A DNA stretch of 64,000 nt from a bacterium (GCA_027592325.1 JAQCKO010000001.1:20247-84246), one strand, 5' to 3'; shown: positions 8,617-18,553, counted from the first letter of the stretch. Numbers and translations are program-made. Notes: generated by a model not told the origin, from the sequence alone.

Positions 8617-9123
8617 CTAGGGCGTCGAGAAAACAGCGAGAACAGTGCCCCGTTTGAGAGCCTCGACAGTAAGCGTCGAGCCCCTCGGTACACGGGCGAC
8701 GTTTTCGAAAACGCTGACGGCGCGAAGAACCATCGACGTCTTCGTACCCGCGTCATTAGGCATCTGGAGGGTGATGCGAACGCTGCCCACAACCACCAGG
8801 AGCACCTTATCCTTCGTTTTGTGGTAGTGATCTCCTGCCGGCATCCCAATACGCTTTCCGCGTAGCATCGCGATCTGATCTTGGATCCATCCACGCACCC
8901 CAGGTCGCCCCTCAAAGACGACATAGTAGACGACATGGATTGTCTCAACTGGCACTCCCATGATATCGGCAATCACGGAAAGATGAGTCTGCACCAGATA
9001 GCGACCTGGCTTCGATCCATCTGGTGGAATCTGAAAAGACATTTGCTGCATGACACGAACCTCCCCGCGAAAACCTAGCAAAACAAATTGTAAATGACAA
9101 ACGCTGGATCCTGCAGTCCTCAC
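8617..9123 (-). CDS. Hypothetical protein, possibly cupin-like (GC-rich islet); the true start may be Met25 at 9051
   Basis: 168 aa. G-x5-HYH-x3-D-x6-G (IGMPAGDHYHKTKDKVLLVVVG) approximates cupin motif 1. Convergent with the 8037 gene. GC-rich. Confidence 0.4.
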   Translation of the reverse strand: MRTAGSSVCHLQFVLLGFRGEVRVMQQMSFQIPPDGSKPGRYLVQTHLSVIADIMGVPVETIHVVYYVVFEGRPGVRGWIQDQIAMLRGKRIGMPAGDHYHKTKDKVLLVVVGSVRITLQMPNDAGTKTSMVLRAVSVFENVARVPRGSTLTVEALKRGTVLAVFSTP

Positions 9124-10893
9124 CTACCCTAAAATTGCCTTAATGCGCCGAACACCGGCTGATGACGCTTCCTCTTTTTTGATTTTAAATCCGCCGAGTT
9201 CGCTTGTGCGTTCAACGTGTGGGCCGCCGCAAATTTCAGACGAAAAGTCCCCGATGAAATAGACTTTTATCTTCCCGCCCATTTGCGCGTATTTATCTTC
9301 AAACAGTCCAATCGCTCCGCGTGCCTTTGCCTCTTCTACGGTAAGCAGCTCATGGTGAATTGGCAAATCACTGCCGATTTGCTCGTTCACAATGCGTTCT
9401 ACCTCTTCTATCTGTTCAGGCGTCATTTTTTCTCCATGCGAAAAATCAAATCGGAGCCGCTCACGAGTGATATTACTTCCGCGCTGCTCAACATGATCGC
9501 CAAGAACCGTTCGAAGCGCTTGATGCAATAAATGCGTCGCGGTATGCAGACGAGTCGATTCCGCAGAGTGATCAACAAGCCCTCCTGCAAACTTCTCGCC
9601 TGACCCATCGCGTGAGGTCTCTTGATGTTTTTTAAATTCTGCTTCAAATGCCGCATGGTCAACAGATTGACCATGCTCACGCGCAATCTCTTCGGTCAGC
9701 TCGAGCGGAAATCCAAAGGTTTGATACAAGTCAAATGCATCTGTTCCTGACAGCTGTCCCTTCTTTTCGTAAAGCTTCTCTACTTCACGAAGACCTTTGT
9801 TTAAACTTGTAGCAAATTTTTGTGCTTCTTTCTGAATTTCATCGGTAATCTCTCCCTGATTCGTCCGAAGTTCAGGGTAACCATCCTCAAGCGTGCCGAT
9901 GGTCATATGCACAATACTCGTCAAATCTTTATGCTCACCAGAAATTTTGAGCATTTGGCGTACGGCACGTCGAATCAGCCGGCGCAGAATGTAACCCTGA
10001 TCTTTATTTGATGGGCGCACGCCATCTGAAATCATCATAGTTGCTGCGCGAATATGGTCAGAAATAATGTACAGAGCACGCATGACTTCCACTGTTTCTT
10101 CTGGATTGCCGGAAATAGTTGAAATCTCGGTCAATATCGGCTGGAAGAGCTCGGTCTCATAGACGCTAGCTTTTCCTTGTAAAATAGCCGCCGTACGTTC
10201 AAGCCCCATTCCGGTATCAACATTTCTTTGGGCTAGCGGCGTGAGTACCCCGTCATCCCCCTTATAAAATTGCATAAACACATTATTCCAAATCTCCACC
10301 CAAAGATTGTTTTCTGGATCGAACTTCTCAGGCGCTTCTTCTTCCCCTGTCCAATAAAAAATTTCGGTATCCGGCCCCTGTGGTCCTGTGTGTTTTCCGC
10401 CTGCTGGCCACCAATTGTCATCTTTACCAAGCTTCGCGATGCGCGCATCTGGCACACCTAGCTGAATCCAAAGATTATACGCTTCTTCATCGAAAGGCGC
10501 ATCGTCGTCGCCCGCGAATACACTGACTGCTAAATGATTTGGTGAAATTGCTAGCCATTCCGTTGATGTCAAGAATTCATAACTCCAACGAATAGAATCT
10601 TCTTTAAAATAATCACCAAGTGACCAATTTCCTAGCATCTCAAAAAACGTAAGATGTGTTGCATCTCCTACCTCGTCAATATCACCCGTACGAATACATT
10701 TTTGACTATCCGTAAGCCGATTTCCTGATGGATGCGTTTCGCCCATCAAAAATGGCACCAATGGATGCATGCCCGCCGTTGTAAACAACACCGATGGATC
10801 ATTTTCAGGCACAACCGAAGCAGAAGGAATTTCTGCATGTCCTTTTGATACAAAGAATTCTATAAATTTTCGGCGGAGTGCACTTGCTGTCAT
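9124..10893 (-). CDS. alaS: Alanine--tRNA ligase, compact form lacking the C-terminal C-Ala/oligomerisation domain
   Basis: 589 aa. Class II catalytic core (FTTAGMHPLVPF..., GNWSLGDYFK), and editing-domain metal motifs HTATHLLH and CGGPHV near the C-terminus. Ends about 280 aa short of canonical ~870-aa AlaRS. Confidence 0.88.
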   Translation of the reverse strand: MTASALRRKFIEFFVSKGHAEIPSASVVPENDPSVLFTTAGMHPLVPFLMGETHPSGNRLTDSQKCIRTGDIDEVGDATHLTFFEMLGNWSLGDYFKEDSIRWSYEFLTSTEWLAISPNHLAVSVFAGDDDAPFDEEAYNLWIQLGVPDARIAKLGKDDNWWPAGGKHTGPQGPDTEIFYWTGEEEAPEKFDPENNLWVEIWNNVFMQFYKGDDGVLTPLAQRNVDTGMGLERTAAILQGKASVYETELFQPILTEISTISGNPEETVEVMRALYIISDHIRAATMMISDGVRPSNKDQGYILRRLIRRAVRQMLKISGEHKDLTSIVHMTIGTLEDGYPELRTNQGEITDEIQKEAQKFATSLNKGLREVEKLYEKKGQLSGTDAFDLYQTFGFPLELTEEIAREHGQSVDHAAFEAEFKKHQETSRDGSGEKFAGGLVDHSAESTRLHTATHLLHQALRTVLGDHVEQRGSNITRERLRFDFSHGEKMTPEQIEEVERIVNEQIGSDLPIHHELLTVEEAKARGAIGLFEDKYAQMGGKIKVYFIGDFSSEICGGPHVERTSELGGFKIKKEEASSAGVRRIKAILG

Positions 10894-10935
10894 ATTATGT
10901 TCAAATTATCGTATATCACCTGTTTTATCAAGGGA

Positions 10936-12552
10936 TTATGCATCAACTCCAGAAAGTATCGCCTCCTCTGGTTTTGCCTTTTTTCGCACACGTCGCTCAA
11001 GTCCCACAAGAATAGACAATAGCTCCTCAGCACGAAGAACGTACAAAAGCGCTATATAAACAATAAACGCAAGGCTACCAGCGAATAACCCCTGGCCAAA
11101 TACACCCCAGAAGGTATTTAGTGTGAAACCGAGCGTTTCGGTGGCAATTGTTTTAAAGCCTTGTAATGATCCTGCTGTCACAATTCCCGCAATACTGAAT
11201 TTAATGAGTGCATTCAACACATCACTAAATCCATCTGCCTTTATGCGCGATGAAAGCAAGGCAAAAAGCGCAATCGCCTGTAGTACAGCAGACCCTGAGT
11301 ATGCGATTGCGATACCCTGAATCTGATAATGAGGAGTTAATAATAGTGCTGATGCAATGAATATTGTTGTACTCATAAGGCCAACAATAAACGGCGTCAT
11401 GGAATCATTCTTTGCAAAAAATGCTCTGACAAGAAGAAAAATGAGCCCATGTGCAATCAGACCCATCACAAGCCAACCCATCACATTGGCTGTTTGAATG
11501 GTCTCGGCCCAATCGTACGCACCAGCGCCAACAGCGACACGGACAATTTGCATACGGAGGCCATAGAAGAGAATGGTTGCAGGCACCATAAAAAGGAGCA
11601 TCTGTCGCATGGTAAGTGAAAGGATATCGCGAAAGTCTGCTGTGTCTCGTTTCCCTGCCTTTTCGCAAAGTGATGGAAACGCTGCGATGGCATAAGAAAC
11701 ACCGATAACACCAAGGGGGAAAAAGAATATATTATACGCAAATTGCAGCATGGTCACGGCGCCAACCGTGAGTGTAGATGCTATCGCTGTCATCGCAAGT
11801 AGATTCACCTGCCCTATGGCAAGACCCATCACGCGAGGTGGGAGGTGCCCCGCAATATAGCGAAGCGATGCGTCTCGAAAACGAAAAAGCAACCTGTACC
11901 GGTATCCAACAGCATATAGTCCGATAAGTTGAATCATGAGGTGAAAAAACGCCCCGCCGATCACACCAAATGCAAGCCCATTCAATCCAAATATTGGTAC
12001 GAGAAAAATTGATCCCAAAATGATTCCGAGATTGTAAAAAATAGGGGCAATAGCATACGGGAGAAAAACTTTTGCCCCCTGAAGCGCAGAACCAATCACC
12101 ATAGACGCTCCTAAAATAAGTTGTGCTACGAGCATGAGGCGTAGAAGCTCGATGACAGCAAGCTGTTTCTCGACGTCAAAACCGGGGGCAATGACATCAA
12201 CAAATACAGGAGCCATGATTGCAACAACAACCAGTAGCCCCGAGAAAATGACAGTGAGAATGGTGAGTGTATTACTCGTTAAATCCCATGCCTTCTGCTT
12301 GTGTTTTGCATATTCCTTTGTGAAAAGCGGAATGAAGCTTGCCGAGAGCGCCCCCACGACTATGAGCGCATAAAATAGATCAGGAAGTCGAAAGGCCGCA
12401 AAGTAAATATCAAGTTCATCTGATGCCCCGAATTCACCTGCAAGAATGCGATCTCGAATCAGCCCCACGATGCGCGATAAAATCGAAAAGAAGGCAACCA
12501 AAAATGCGGCGCTTGTAACCGTTCTTGCTGACCGTGATAATGCTTGCCTCAT
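10936..12552 (-). CDS. murJ: Lipid II flippase MurJ (MviN family)
   Basis: 538 aa, 14 TM. N-terminal ...ILSRIVGLIRDRILAGEFGASDELDIYFAAFRLP is the MurJ signature. Confidence 0.85.
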   Translation of the reverse strand: MRQALSRSARTVTSAAFLVAFFSILSRIVGLIRDRILAGEFGASDELDIYFAAFRLPDLFYALIVVGALSASFIPLFTKEYAKHKQKAWDLTSNTLTILTVIFSGLLVVVAIMAPVFVDVIAPGFDVEKQLAVIELLRLMLVAQLILGASMVIGSALQGAKVFLPYAIAPIFYNLGIILGSIFLVPIFGLNGLAFGVIGGAFFHLMIQLIGLYAVGYRYRLLFRFRDASLRYIAGHLPPRVMGLAIGQVNLLAMTAIASTLTVGAVTMLQFAYNIFFFPLGVIGVSYAIAAFPSLCEKAGKRDTADFRDILSLTMRQMLLFMVPATILFYGLRMQIVRVAVGAGAYDWAETIQTANVMGWLVMGLIAHGLIFLLVRAFFAKNDSMTPFIVGLMSTTIFIASALLLTPHYQIQGIAIAYSGSAVLQAIALFALLSSRIKADGFSDVLNALIKFSIAGIVTAGSLQGFKTIATETLGFTLNTFWGVFGQGLFAGSLAFIVYIALLYVLRAEELLSILVGLERRVRKKAKPEEAILSGVDA

Positions 12553-13745
12553 GTGTTCTTTCTACGTTGTTTTTTCTCTGCGTCGGGTTCAAGCGTTTTT
12601 TGCCCTTTTGTGTACAAAACACCATCCTCCGTTGTGAGTATGCGGCGGCGTTTTGTGCCACGGGTTTTTAATCCCAATACCCCAACAAGTGTTAGAAGTA
12701 TAAGGAGAACGAGTAAAGTAATTATAAGTTGTACGAGTGGATTTTGAATATGGAAAAATGAAACCGTAAGAAGAGCTTCATCGGTTGTCGTTATTCCATC
12801 GTCATGCAATGCGGTTAACGTGACCTTGTACGTACCTGGACCGCGAAATTCATGACCAATAGATGTCTGCACCGACGATGACCCATCACCAAAATCCCAT
12901 TTGTAAGAAATATTGTCTTGTGCATCGATCACACGAAACGCATACGCTCTCCATTTTAATACCTCATAGGTAAAATATGATCCGAACGACACGCGCTCCC
13001 CAGCGGTATTGTCCGCGATCTCCTCAATCGTAAATTCTGTTGAATAATCCTCTTTCATTACATTAGCAACTCCCCTTTCAGAGATATCAGTCATGATTAT
13101 AGGGTTCACTGATGGAAGAACTCCGAGTTCAGGTTCAAGCAATGGCGCGTCAACAAGCTCCCCACTCTGGTCATTCGACCCCACAGTGATGGGCTCAGAA
13201 TCACTCACATTTTCGGCGTTTCGCTCATCTTCGTCACAAGCGTATCCTTCCCCATCTGCGTCATCATCGCGTTGATCAGCATTCGGGGTATCTCGACAAT
13301 TATCTTCCTCATCAATTACCCCGTCAGCATCGGAATCAAATACAGGAACAAAAAGGTTGCTCAAATATTCGTTATTTCCCGCATATTCATCTGGTGGGTT
13401 AATCCCACGTAATTCTGCACGAATATTAAATGGACCTTCTGGAATAATAAAATCAATCCAAACATCCTCGCTTTCTCCATCAGCTGCCAGAGAAATTACT
13501 TGACTTGGTCCGAGCGGCGTTGGTCCTTGGTAAAAATACACATAGCCAGAAACATCAACATTCCCAATATTGCGAACACTTGCATATAATCGAGCTTCTT
13601 CGCCTGCAATCAGTGGATCTACCGAGAATCGCACAGAGTGTTTATTTATCTCTATGTCTGCCCCGCTCGTTTGTGCCACAGCTTGGATGGGTGTGCATAG
13701 CAGCAATATCAAAAGAAGAAAACGCATACTAATTCCGTTTATCAA
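12549..13745 (-). CDS. Secreted/membrane-anchored surface protein with thrombospondin type-3 (calcium-binding) repeats and a PKD domain
   Basis: 398 aa. Signal peptide MRFLLLILLLCTPIQAVAQ. Aspartate-rich DxDxDGxxD repeats (DSDADGVIDEEDNCRD...DDDADGEGYACDED). PKD-like YKWDFGDGSS...GTYKVTLTA. C-terminal TM anchor. Confidence 0.65.
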   Translation of the reverse strand: MINGISMRFLLLILLLCTPIQAVAQTSGADIEINKHSVRFSVDPLIAGEEARLYASVRNIGNVDVSGYVYFYQGPTPLGPSQVISLAADGESEDVWIDFIIPEGPFNIRAELRGINPPDEYAGNNEYLSNLFVPVFDSDADGVIDEEDNCRDTPNADQRDDDADGEGYACDEDERNAENVSDSEPITVGSNDQSGELVDAPLLEPELGVLPSVNPIIMTDISERGVANVMKEDYSTEFTIEEIADNTAGERVSFGSYFTYEVLKWRAYAFRVIDAQDNISYKWDFGDGSSSVQTSIGHEFRGPGTYKVTLTALHDDGITTTDEALLTVSFFHIQNPLVQLIITLLVLLILLTLVGVLGLKTRGTKRRRILTTEDGVLYTKGQKTLEPDAEKKQRRKNT

Positions 13746-14649
13746 TACGTATGATCACAAGTAGAAAAAGAATAATGGAAAGCAATATGACTGCAGTGAC
13801 AAGCAGAGGATTATTCCCAAACGGAAGGTGATCTACATTCATTCCATAGTACCCCGTAAGGAGCGTTGCTGGCATAAGGACAACGGAAATAATAGTCAGT
13901 AGGCGTATGATTTCATTTGTCCTGTGAGAAAGGAACGCCTCATTGACATCGAATAGTCCGTCGACAATATTTTTCAGGTTGTCTGTCACCACCCATATTC
14001 CATCGAGTGTGTCACCTATATCATCAAAATAATTCGCCAAAGTAGTCGGTAAAAATGTGCGTTTCACATGCTGTAATTGCTGCATGATAATGCGCTGAGG
14101 ATCAATAACATGACGTAGGTATAGAACATTCCTGCGAACCATTCCAAGTCGTTTGGTTGCAACCCGCGTATGATCATCGTACACGGCTTCCTCAACATCA
14201 TTCACCTCACGCACCACTTCTTGCAGAATCACCTTGGCATCACGAAAAACATAATCGAGCAATTTGTAAAGTAAAAACCCCGGACCGTACTTCGTAAGCT
14301 CACGCTTCATCCGCGTACTCCGAGCGAGTCGCACAAAATATCGATTTACCGCGTCAATCTGCCCTTCTGAAGCCGTCACAATATAATCTGGCCCCACAAA
14401 AATCGATAGATTCACTTTTGTAATCTGAAGTATCTCCTGATGAAAAACCGGAAGCGCAATCACCAGAAAAAGATAATGCTTATATACATCTAATTTAGGG
14501 AGTTGCGTTGCATCACGTACATCATCATAATCGAGTGGATGAAACTTGAATGCATGTTCCATGATTTGAAAATCCTTCTCCTCTAGACCAGAAAAGTGAT
14601 GCCATGTATACGTTTTTAGACCTATGTGTTTATAAGCCATACTACACAA
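13729..14649 (-). CDS. corA: Magnesium/cobalt transporter CorA
   Basis: 306 aa. A C-terminal 2-TM region with the YGMN motif (YYGMNVDHLPF). Confidence 0.8.
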   Translation of the reverse strand: MCSMAYKHIGLKTYTWHHFSGLEEKDFQIMEHAFKFHPLDYDDVRDATQLPKLDVYKHYLFLVIALPVFHQEILQITKVNLSIFVGPDYIVTASEGQIDAVNRYFVRLARSTRMKRELTKYGPGFLLYKLLDYVFRDAKVILQEVVREVNDVEEAVYDDHTRVATKRLGMVRRNVLYLRHVIDPQRIIMQQLQHVKRTFLPTTLANYFDDIGDTLDGIWVVTDNLKNIVDGLFDVNEAFLSHRTNEIIRLLTIISVVLMPATLLTGYYGMNVDHLPFGNNPLLVTAVILLSIILFLLVIIRIDKRN

Positions 14650-15325
14650 CCTTCTTTAAACGACGCTCTTCTTTTCTTGCTTCTTTATCAGCAGCACTGC
14701 TATAGTAATAAAATCCGAGAAGCGCAAATACAGCAAACGATGACGCGATAATAGCCACGAGGTTTATAAAAAAGAGTTCAGCTGACTTTTGCACGAGTCC
14801 CCAATCGGCTCCACCAAGCCCAATCCCAATCGTGACAAGCGGTGGAAGAAGCGCAACAGAAATCGCGATACCACTCACAGCTTCTTTAATGTGATCGAAA
14901 CAAAGAGCAAGTGCTGCGGCAATTCCAGAAGCAATCGCAACCGGAATCATGAAGGAGAGATTTGTTTGCTGCAATATTTCATTCGATGCCCCGATGGGAA
15001 CATAGTACGACGTAATCCAAATAGCGATCGCGATTGCGATAACAATCGAAATCAACACACTAATAAGGGAGAGTTTGATCATCGCCCAATCACGTACAAG
15101 CAGTCCCATGCTGATTCCAAGCACAGGCCAAAGAAGCGGGGCTACAAGCATTGCTCCGATGACAATTGAGGCGCTGTCATTCAAGAGCCCCAGCGCCGCA
15201 ATGATGCTTGAAACGAGAATGAGAATGAGAAAGGTGATGCGTGGTGAAGAATCTTGAATCAGGCGGCTAAGAACCGCTTCGTGCTTTACCTCCTTTGTCG
15301 ATAGAGTGAGTTTCATGAGCTTCAT
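14642..15325 (-). CDS. Hypothetical multi-pass membrane protein (DUF389-like); start reassigned to Met79/82 of the track ORF to avoid a 290-nt overlap with the upstream GT2
   Basis: The track ORF 14642..15559 overlaps the well-supported GT2 at 15267..16025. The internal MKLMKLTLSTKEV start at 15325 or 15316 reduces the overlap to ~50 nt. 6+ TM helices. Confidence 0.45.
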   Translation of the reverse strand: MKLMKLTLSTKEVKHEAVLSRLIQDSSPRITFLILILVSSIIAALGLLNDSASIVIGAMLVAPLLWPVLGISMGLLVRDWAMIKLSLISVLISIVIAIAIAIWITSYYVPIGASNEILQQTNLSFMIPVAIASGIAAALALCFDHIKEAVSGIAISVALLPPLVTIGIGLGGADWGLVQKSAELFFINLVAIIASSFAVFALLGFYYYSSAADKEARKEERRLKKVV

Positions 15326-16025
15326 TATGGCCAAATCCGTATTCAAATAGATTCGTTCGAATCGGACCAAAGTGCCAAATATGGATTTCTGCCAATACGT
15401 AGACGGCAACTGAACGTAGTATACCATCCCGCTTAAAGCGGCGTGTTGACACATGAATGCGCTTACCGCGCTCGAGGTATCCAAAACGACCAATCTTGGC
15501 TGCTCGTAGTCCGTAATCATGATCTTCACAAAAAACGACCGTTTCATCAAAGCCATCAATGGCGTCGTGAAGGTCTTTTTTAACGAGGATAAAAAAACCT
15601 GGAATGTGAGGGTGAATTTTTGCCATCATGCGAACATAGCTATTGTAAATATAATGACCAATTTTTGAACCTAGCCCGGCTTCAATTGGCCAAACGTCGC
15701 AGCTCACAATATCAAGATTACGCTTCTGCATCTCAGCAATCGATGACGCAATAAGGTCTGGCTGCAGAAGAATCGTGTCCGCGTCTAGAAAAAGAATAAG
15801 ATCAGCTGATACGACACTTGCACCCCTATTTCGCCCCTCCCCAGGCAGGCCACCTGGAACAATCGTGGCTCCGAAGGACTCTACAATCTCTCTCGTTCCA
15901 TCATCTGATCCGGCATCGGCAATAATGACCTGCTTTGGCCGCAATGTTTGGCAGTTTATGCTCTCAAGAAGCCGCGGGATCGAATGTACTTCATTGAGCG
16001 TTGGGATAACAATGGAATACGTCAT
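15267..16025 (-). CDS. Family 2 glycosyltransferase
   Basis: 252 aa, MTYSIVIPTLNEVHSIPRLLESINCQT...IIADAGSDDGT...FLDAD. Confidence 0.8.
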   Translation of the reverse strand: MTYSIVIPTLNEVHSIPRLLESINCQTLRPKQVIIADAGSDDGTREIVESFGATIVPGGLPGEGRNRGASVVSADLILFLDADTILLQPDLIASSIAEMQKRNLDIVSCDVWPIEAGLGSKIGHYIYNSYVRMMAKIHPHIPGFFILVKKDLHDAIDGFDETVVFCEDHDYGLRAAKIGRFGYLERGKRIHVSTRRFKRDGILRSVAVYVLAEIHIWHFGPIRTNLFEYGFGHNEAHETHSIDKGGKARSGS

Positions 16026-16456
16026 ACCGAAAGTACGTAAAGAGCAATGCCGCTCGCGACCGACACATTTAATGATCGCTTCTTCTTCATAGGAATTTCA
16101 ACTAAGTTGTCTAGCATTCCCTTTGCGTACGCGTCGAGACCACCCACCTCATTTCCCAAAACAAGAGCAACATCCCCATCACACTTGAATCCGTGAATGG
16201 ACTGTGCCCCGTTTGTATTATCGAGCCCAATGATATGAACACTTTTTTTCTTCATCTCTTCAATAAGCTCGGATAAATCTCGCTTTTCCCATGCGATAAG
16301 GCCTTCCGCACCTAAGGCAACTTTTGAAATCTCCTTTCTTGGTGGTGTTCCTGTAATTCCTGTTAAATAGAGTTTTTCTACACCAAAAGCGGCACAATTA
16401 CGAAATATTGCGCCAACATTATGCAGGCTTCGAATATCGTGGGCGATCACAAACAT
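16022..16456 (-). CDS. SpoU/TrmH-family RNA 2'-O-methyltransferase (TrmL-like, SPOUT fold)
   Basis: 144 aa. IRSLHNVGAIFRNCAAFG ... VLGNEVGGL ... SLNVSVASGIALYVL are SPOUT motifs. Confidence 0.8.
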   Translation of the reverse strand: MFVIAHDIRSLHNVGAIFRNCAAFGVEKLYLTGITGTPPRKEISKVALGAEGLIAWEKRDLSELIEEMKKKSVHIIGLDNTNGAQSIHGFKCDGDVALVLGNEVGGLDAYAKGMLDNLVEIPMKKKRSLNVSVASGIALYVLSV

Positions 16457-16525
16457 TTCAGAAAAGATAGCATAGTATTGACAAAATAGCGATATTGTGC
16501 GAGTATTCGCAAAGAAGGAGGTGTC

Positions 16526-16789
16526 ATGCTGACTGTAATGCTCGCATTCGCGACGATTCCTTTCTGGTACCGGTTTGGGGCCGCTACCACGGAAAAGAAG
16601 TATCTATGGGCATTGTTCCAGTTGATGGCAGGGTATCTTGTCATCCTGGTAAGCGCCGGATGTGAGCTGAATGACGATCGCTCCAGTGGACTGATCATCG
16701 GATGCTGGCTCATGATTGGAGCCTGCAGCGCGATGTTCGGCTTTGCCCGTAACGAACCAGACTACAGCTCACTCCCTCCCCAGGAGTGA
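16526..16789 (+). CDS. Small hypothetical 2-TM membrane protein
   Basis: 87 aa. Strong RBS AAGGAGGTG 3-5 nt upstream of the ATG. Two hydrophobic helices. Confidence 0.45.
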   Translation: MLTVMLAFATIPFWYRFGAATTEKKYLWALFQLMAGYLVILVSAGCELNDDRSSGLIIGCWLMIGACSAMFGFARNEPDYSSLPPQE

Positions 16790-16815
16790 GCGTTTTATTT
16801 TACGCTATACTCACC

Positions 16816-16844
16816 TTGTCAGAATTCCGTTTATCGACTATACT
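16816..16844 (+). promoter_or_regulatory. Promoter TTGTCA-17-TATACT placed 9 nt before the era ATG (leaderless-type)
   Basis: -35 at 16816-16821, -10 at 16839-16844, ATG at 16853. No room for an SD sequence. Confidence 0.45.
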
Positions 16845-16852
16845 CCATCCTT

Positions 16853-17710
16853 ATGCCAAAATCTGGATTCGCCACAATTATCGGCCGCTCGAATGTTGGA
16901 AAATCGACCTTGATTAACAGCATTGTCGGTCAAAAAATCGCCATTACAACTTGGAAGCCACAAACAACGCGTAGACCTATTCAGGGTATTCTCACGAATG
17001 ATCATGGACAAATCGTTTTTGTTGACACGCCAGGAATCATGCAAAAAGCGCGTGATCCGCTAACACAAGCCCTGCTTCGATTTGTCAAAATGGCGCTGAA
17101 AGATATCGAGGTAATCCTCTATGTCGTTGACCCTACCCGCCCAATCGGGAATGAGGAAAAACAGGTTATGCAGCTTATACAAGACATTCAGGTGCCAAAA
17201 CTTCTTGTTATCAACAAAATTGATGATATAGCTGCGCGTCAATACATTGATATGTATCGTGATCTTGAGGAAAAGTTTGACGGGATGATTGAGGTTTCTG
17301 CGATTAAAGGATCGAATGTCAATCGAATTGTCGATTGGGTCATGGAAAAGATACCTGAAGGAGAAATGATGTATCCACACCACCAAAAAAGTAGTCAACC
17401 TGTTGAAGAATTGGTTGCCGAAATTATTCGTGAAAAGCTGTTCTTACGTCTCAGAAAAGAAGTCCCCTATTCAGTTCATGTAGAGGTGGAAGAAATTGAC
17501 CGGCGCAAAAATGGCACCATGTATGTGAAAGCAAAAATCATGACACTTAGTGAGCGTTATAAAAATATGATTATTGGAAAAGGCGGCGTAGGTGTGAAAG
17601 AAGTTGGTCTTAGTAGTAGAAAGGAGCTTGAGGCCATGACAAATGAGAAGATTTTTCTCGATCTTCACGTTGAAACTGATACGCGCTGGGTTGAACGTTT
17701 GGATCAATAA
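16853..17710 (+). CDS. era: GTPase Era
   Basis: 285 aa. G1 GRSNVGKST, G3 DTPG, G4 NKID, and a C-terminal KH domain. Confidence 0.9.
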   Translation: MPKSGFATIIGRSNVGKSTLINSIVGQKIAITTWKPQTTRRPIQGILTNDHGQIVFVDTPGIMQKARDPLTQALLRFVKMALKDIEVILYVVDPTRPIGNEEKQVMQLIQDIQVPKLLVINKIDDIAARQYIDMYRDLEEKFDGMIEVSAIKGSNVNRIVDWVMEKIPEGEMMYPHHQKSSQPVEELVAEIIREKLFLRLRKEVPYSVHVEVEEIDRRKNGTMYVKAKIMTLSERYKNMIIGKGGVGVKEVGLSSRKELEAMTNEKIFLDLHVETDTRWVERLDQ

Positions 17711-17745
17711 AACGCGCGCTAAGCGCGATGCTCGCAAAACGTTCC

Positions 17746-18006
17746 CTACTTAGCCCGCGCCCATTTTTTTAGGCTTTCAAAATCTGTCGAACCACAAATT
17801 GTCTCCTTTGTTTCCGTATTGATAAAAAACGGAACACCGCCGCACATTCCATCATCGTATTGTTTCATCATTTCAGCATGCTCTTCATTTTCCCAAACTT
17901 CATATTTATCAACGGTAACACCAAGTTCGCTTTCTAGTTGCTCGACAACTGGTTTCATTTGGATACAATGAGGACATTGGTTTCCGTAAAATTCTAGTAA
18001 TGCCAT
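17746..18006 (-). CDS. Thioredoxin-fold protein (CPHC active site)
   Basis: 86 aa. MALLEFYGNQCPHCIQMKP is a Trx/Grx-like CxxC. Confidence 0.7.
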   Translation of the reverse strand: MALLEFYGNQCPHCIQMKPVVEQLESELGVTVDKYEVWENEEHAEMMKQYDDGMCGGVPFFINTETKETICGSTDFESLKKWARAK

Positions 18007-18013
18007 AGATGTT

Positions 18014-18553
18014 ATGAAGAATAATCATTCGAATTTTAACACGATACTTGTAAGTATCATTTTTTTATTCGGGATAATGCTCTTAGTCGGACTTCGTTTT
18101 GATGCAATCTGGGCTGGAGGTGAGGGATTCGTTAAGCAACGGACAGCATCAATTGGATCTGACAATTTTGTACGTGGTGAAACAATTATACCTACAACTC
18201 ATAGCTTACTTAAGCTACCCATGGGTTTAATTTGTATTGAGGCAGGTTCTGAACTTACACTTCTCTCGCTTACTGCGGAGGAGAATATTGTCAATCTACG
18301 CTCTGGTCGTATTTCAACAATGGATACATTTCGTGTTCAGATACGAGATAATGAGTATGCCTCATCTGGATACACGAGCTATGTGCACTATTCATGGCTC
18401 GGCGAAATGGAAAAAATTGATCTTATGAATGGCTCTAGTGAACGTATTGATTTACTTGAAGAAACAACAAACATGAGTAGCTTTGTCGCAAAAGACTCAG
18501 CTGCTGCGGATTATTATACCTATTGTGAAACTGTGCTAAATGAGCTGAACTGA
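18014..18553 (+). CDS. Hypothetical N-terminally anchored protein
   Basis: 179 aa, one N-terminal TM. No recognisable family. Confidence 0.45.
   Translation: MKNNHSNFNTILVSIIFLFGIMLLVGLRFDAIWAGGEGFVKQRTASIGSDNFVRGETIIPTTHSLLKLPMGLICIEAGSELTLLSLTAEENIVNLRSGRISTMDTFRVQIRDNEYASSGYTSYVHYSWLGEMEKIDLMNGSSERIDLLEETTNMSSFVAKDSAAADYYTYCETVLNELN

Noticed and set aside
14642-15559. Full-length 305-aa version of the DUF389-like ORF
   Set aside because: The first ~78 codons overlap 290 nt of the well-supported GT2 gene (15267-16025) in another frame. An internal start was preferred.
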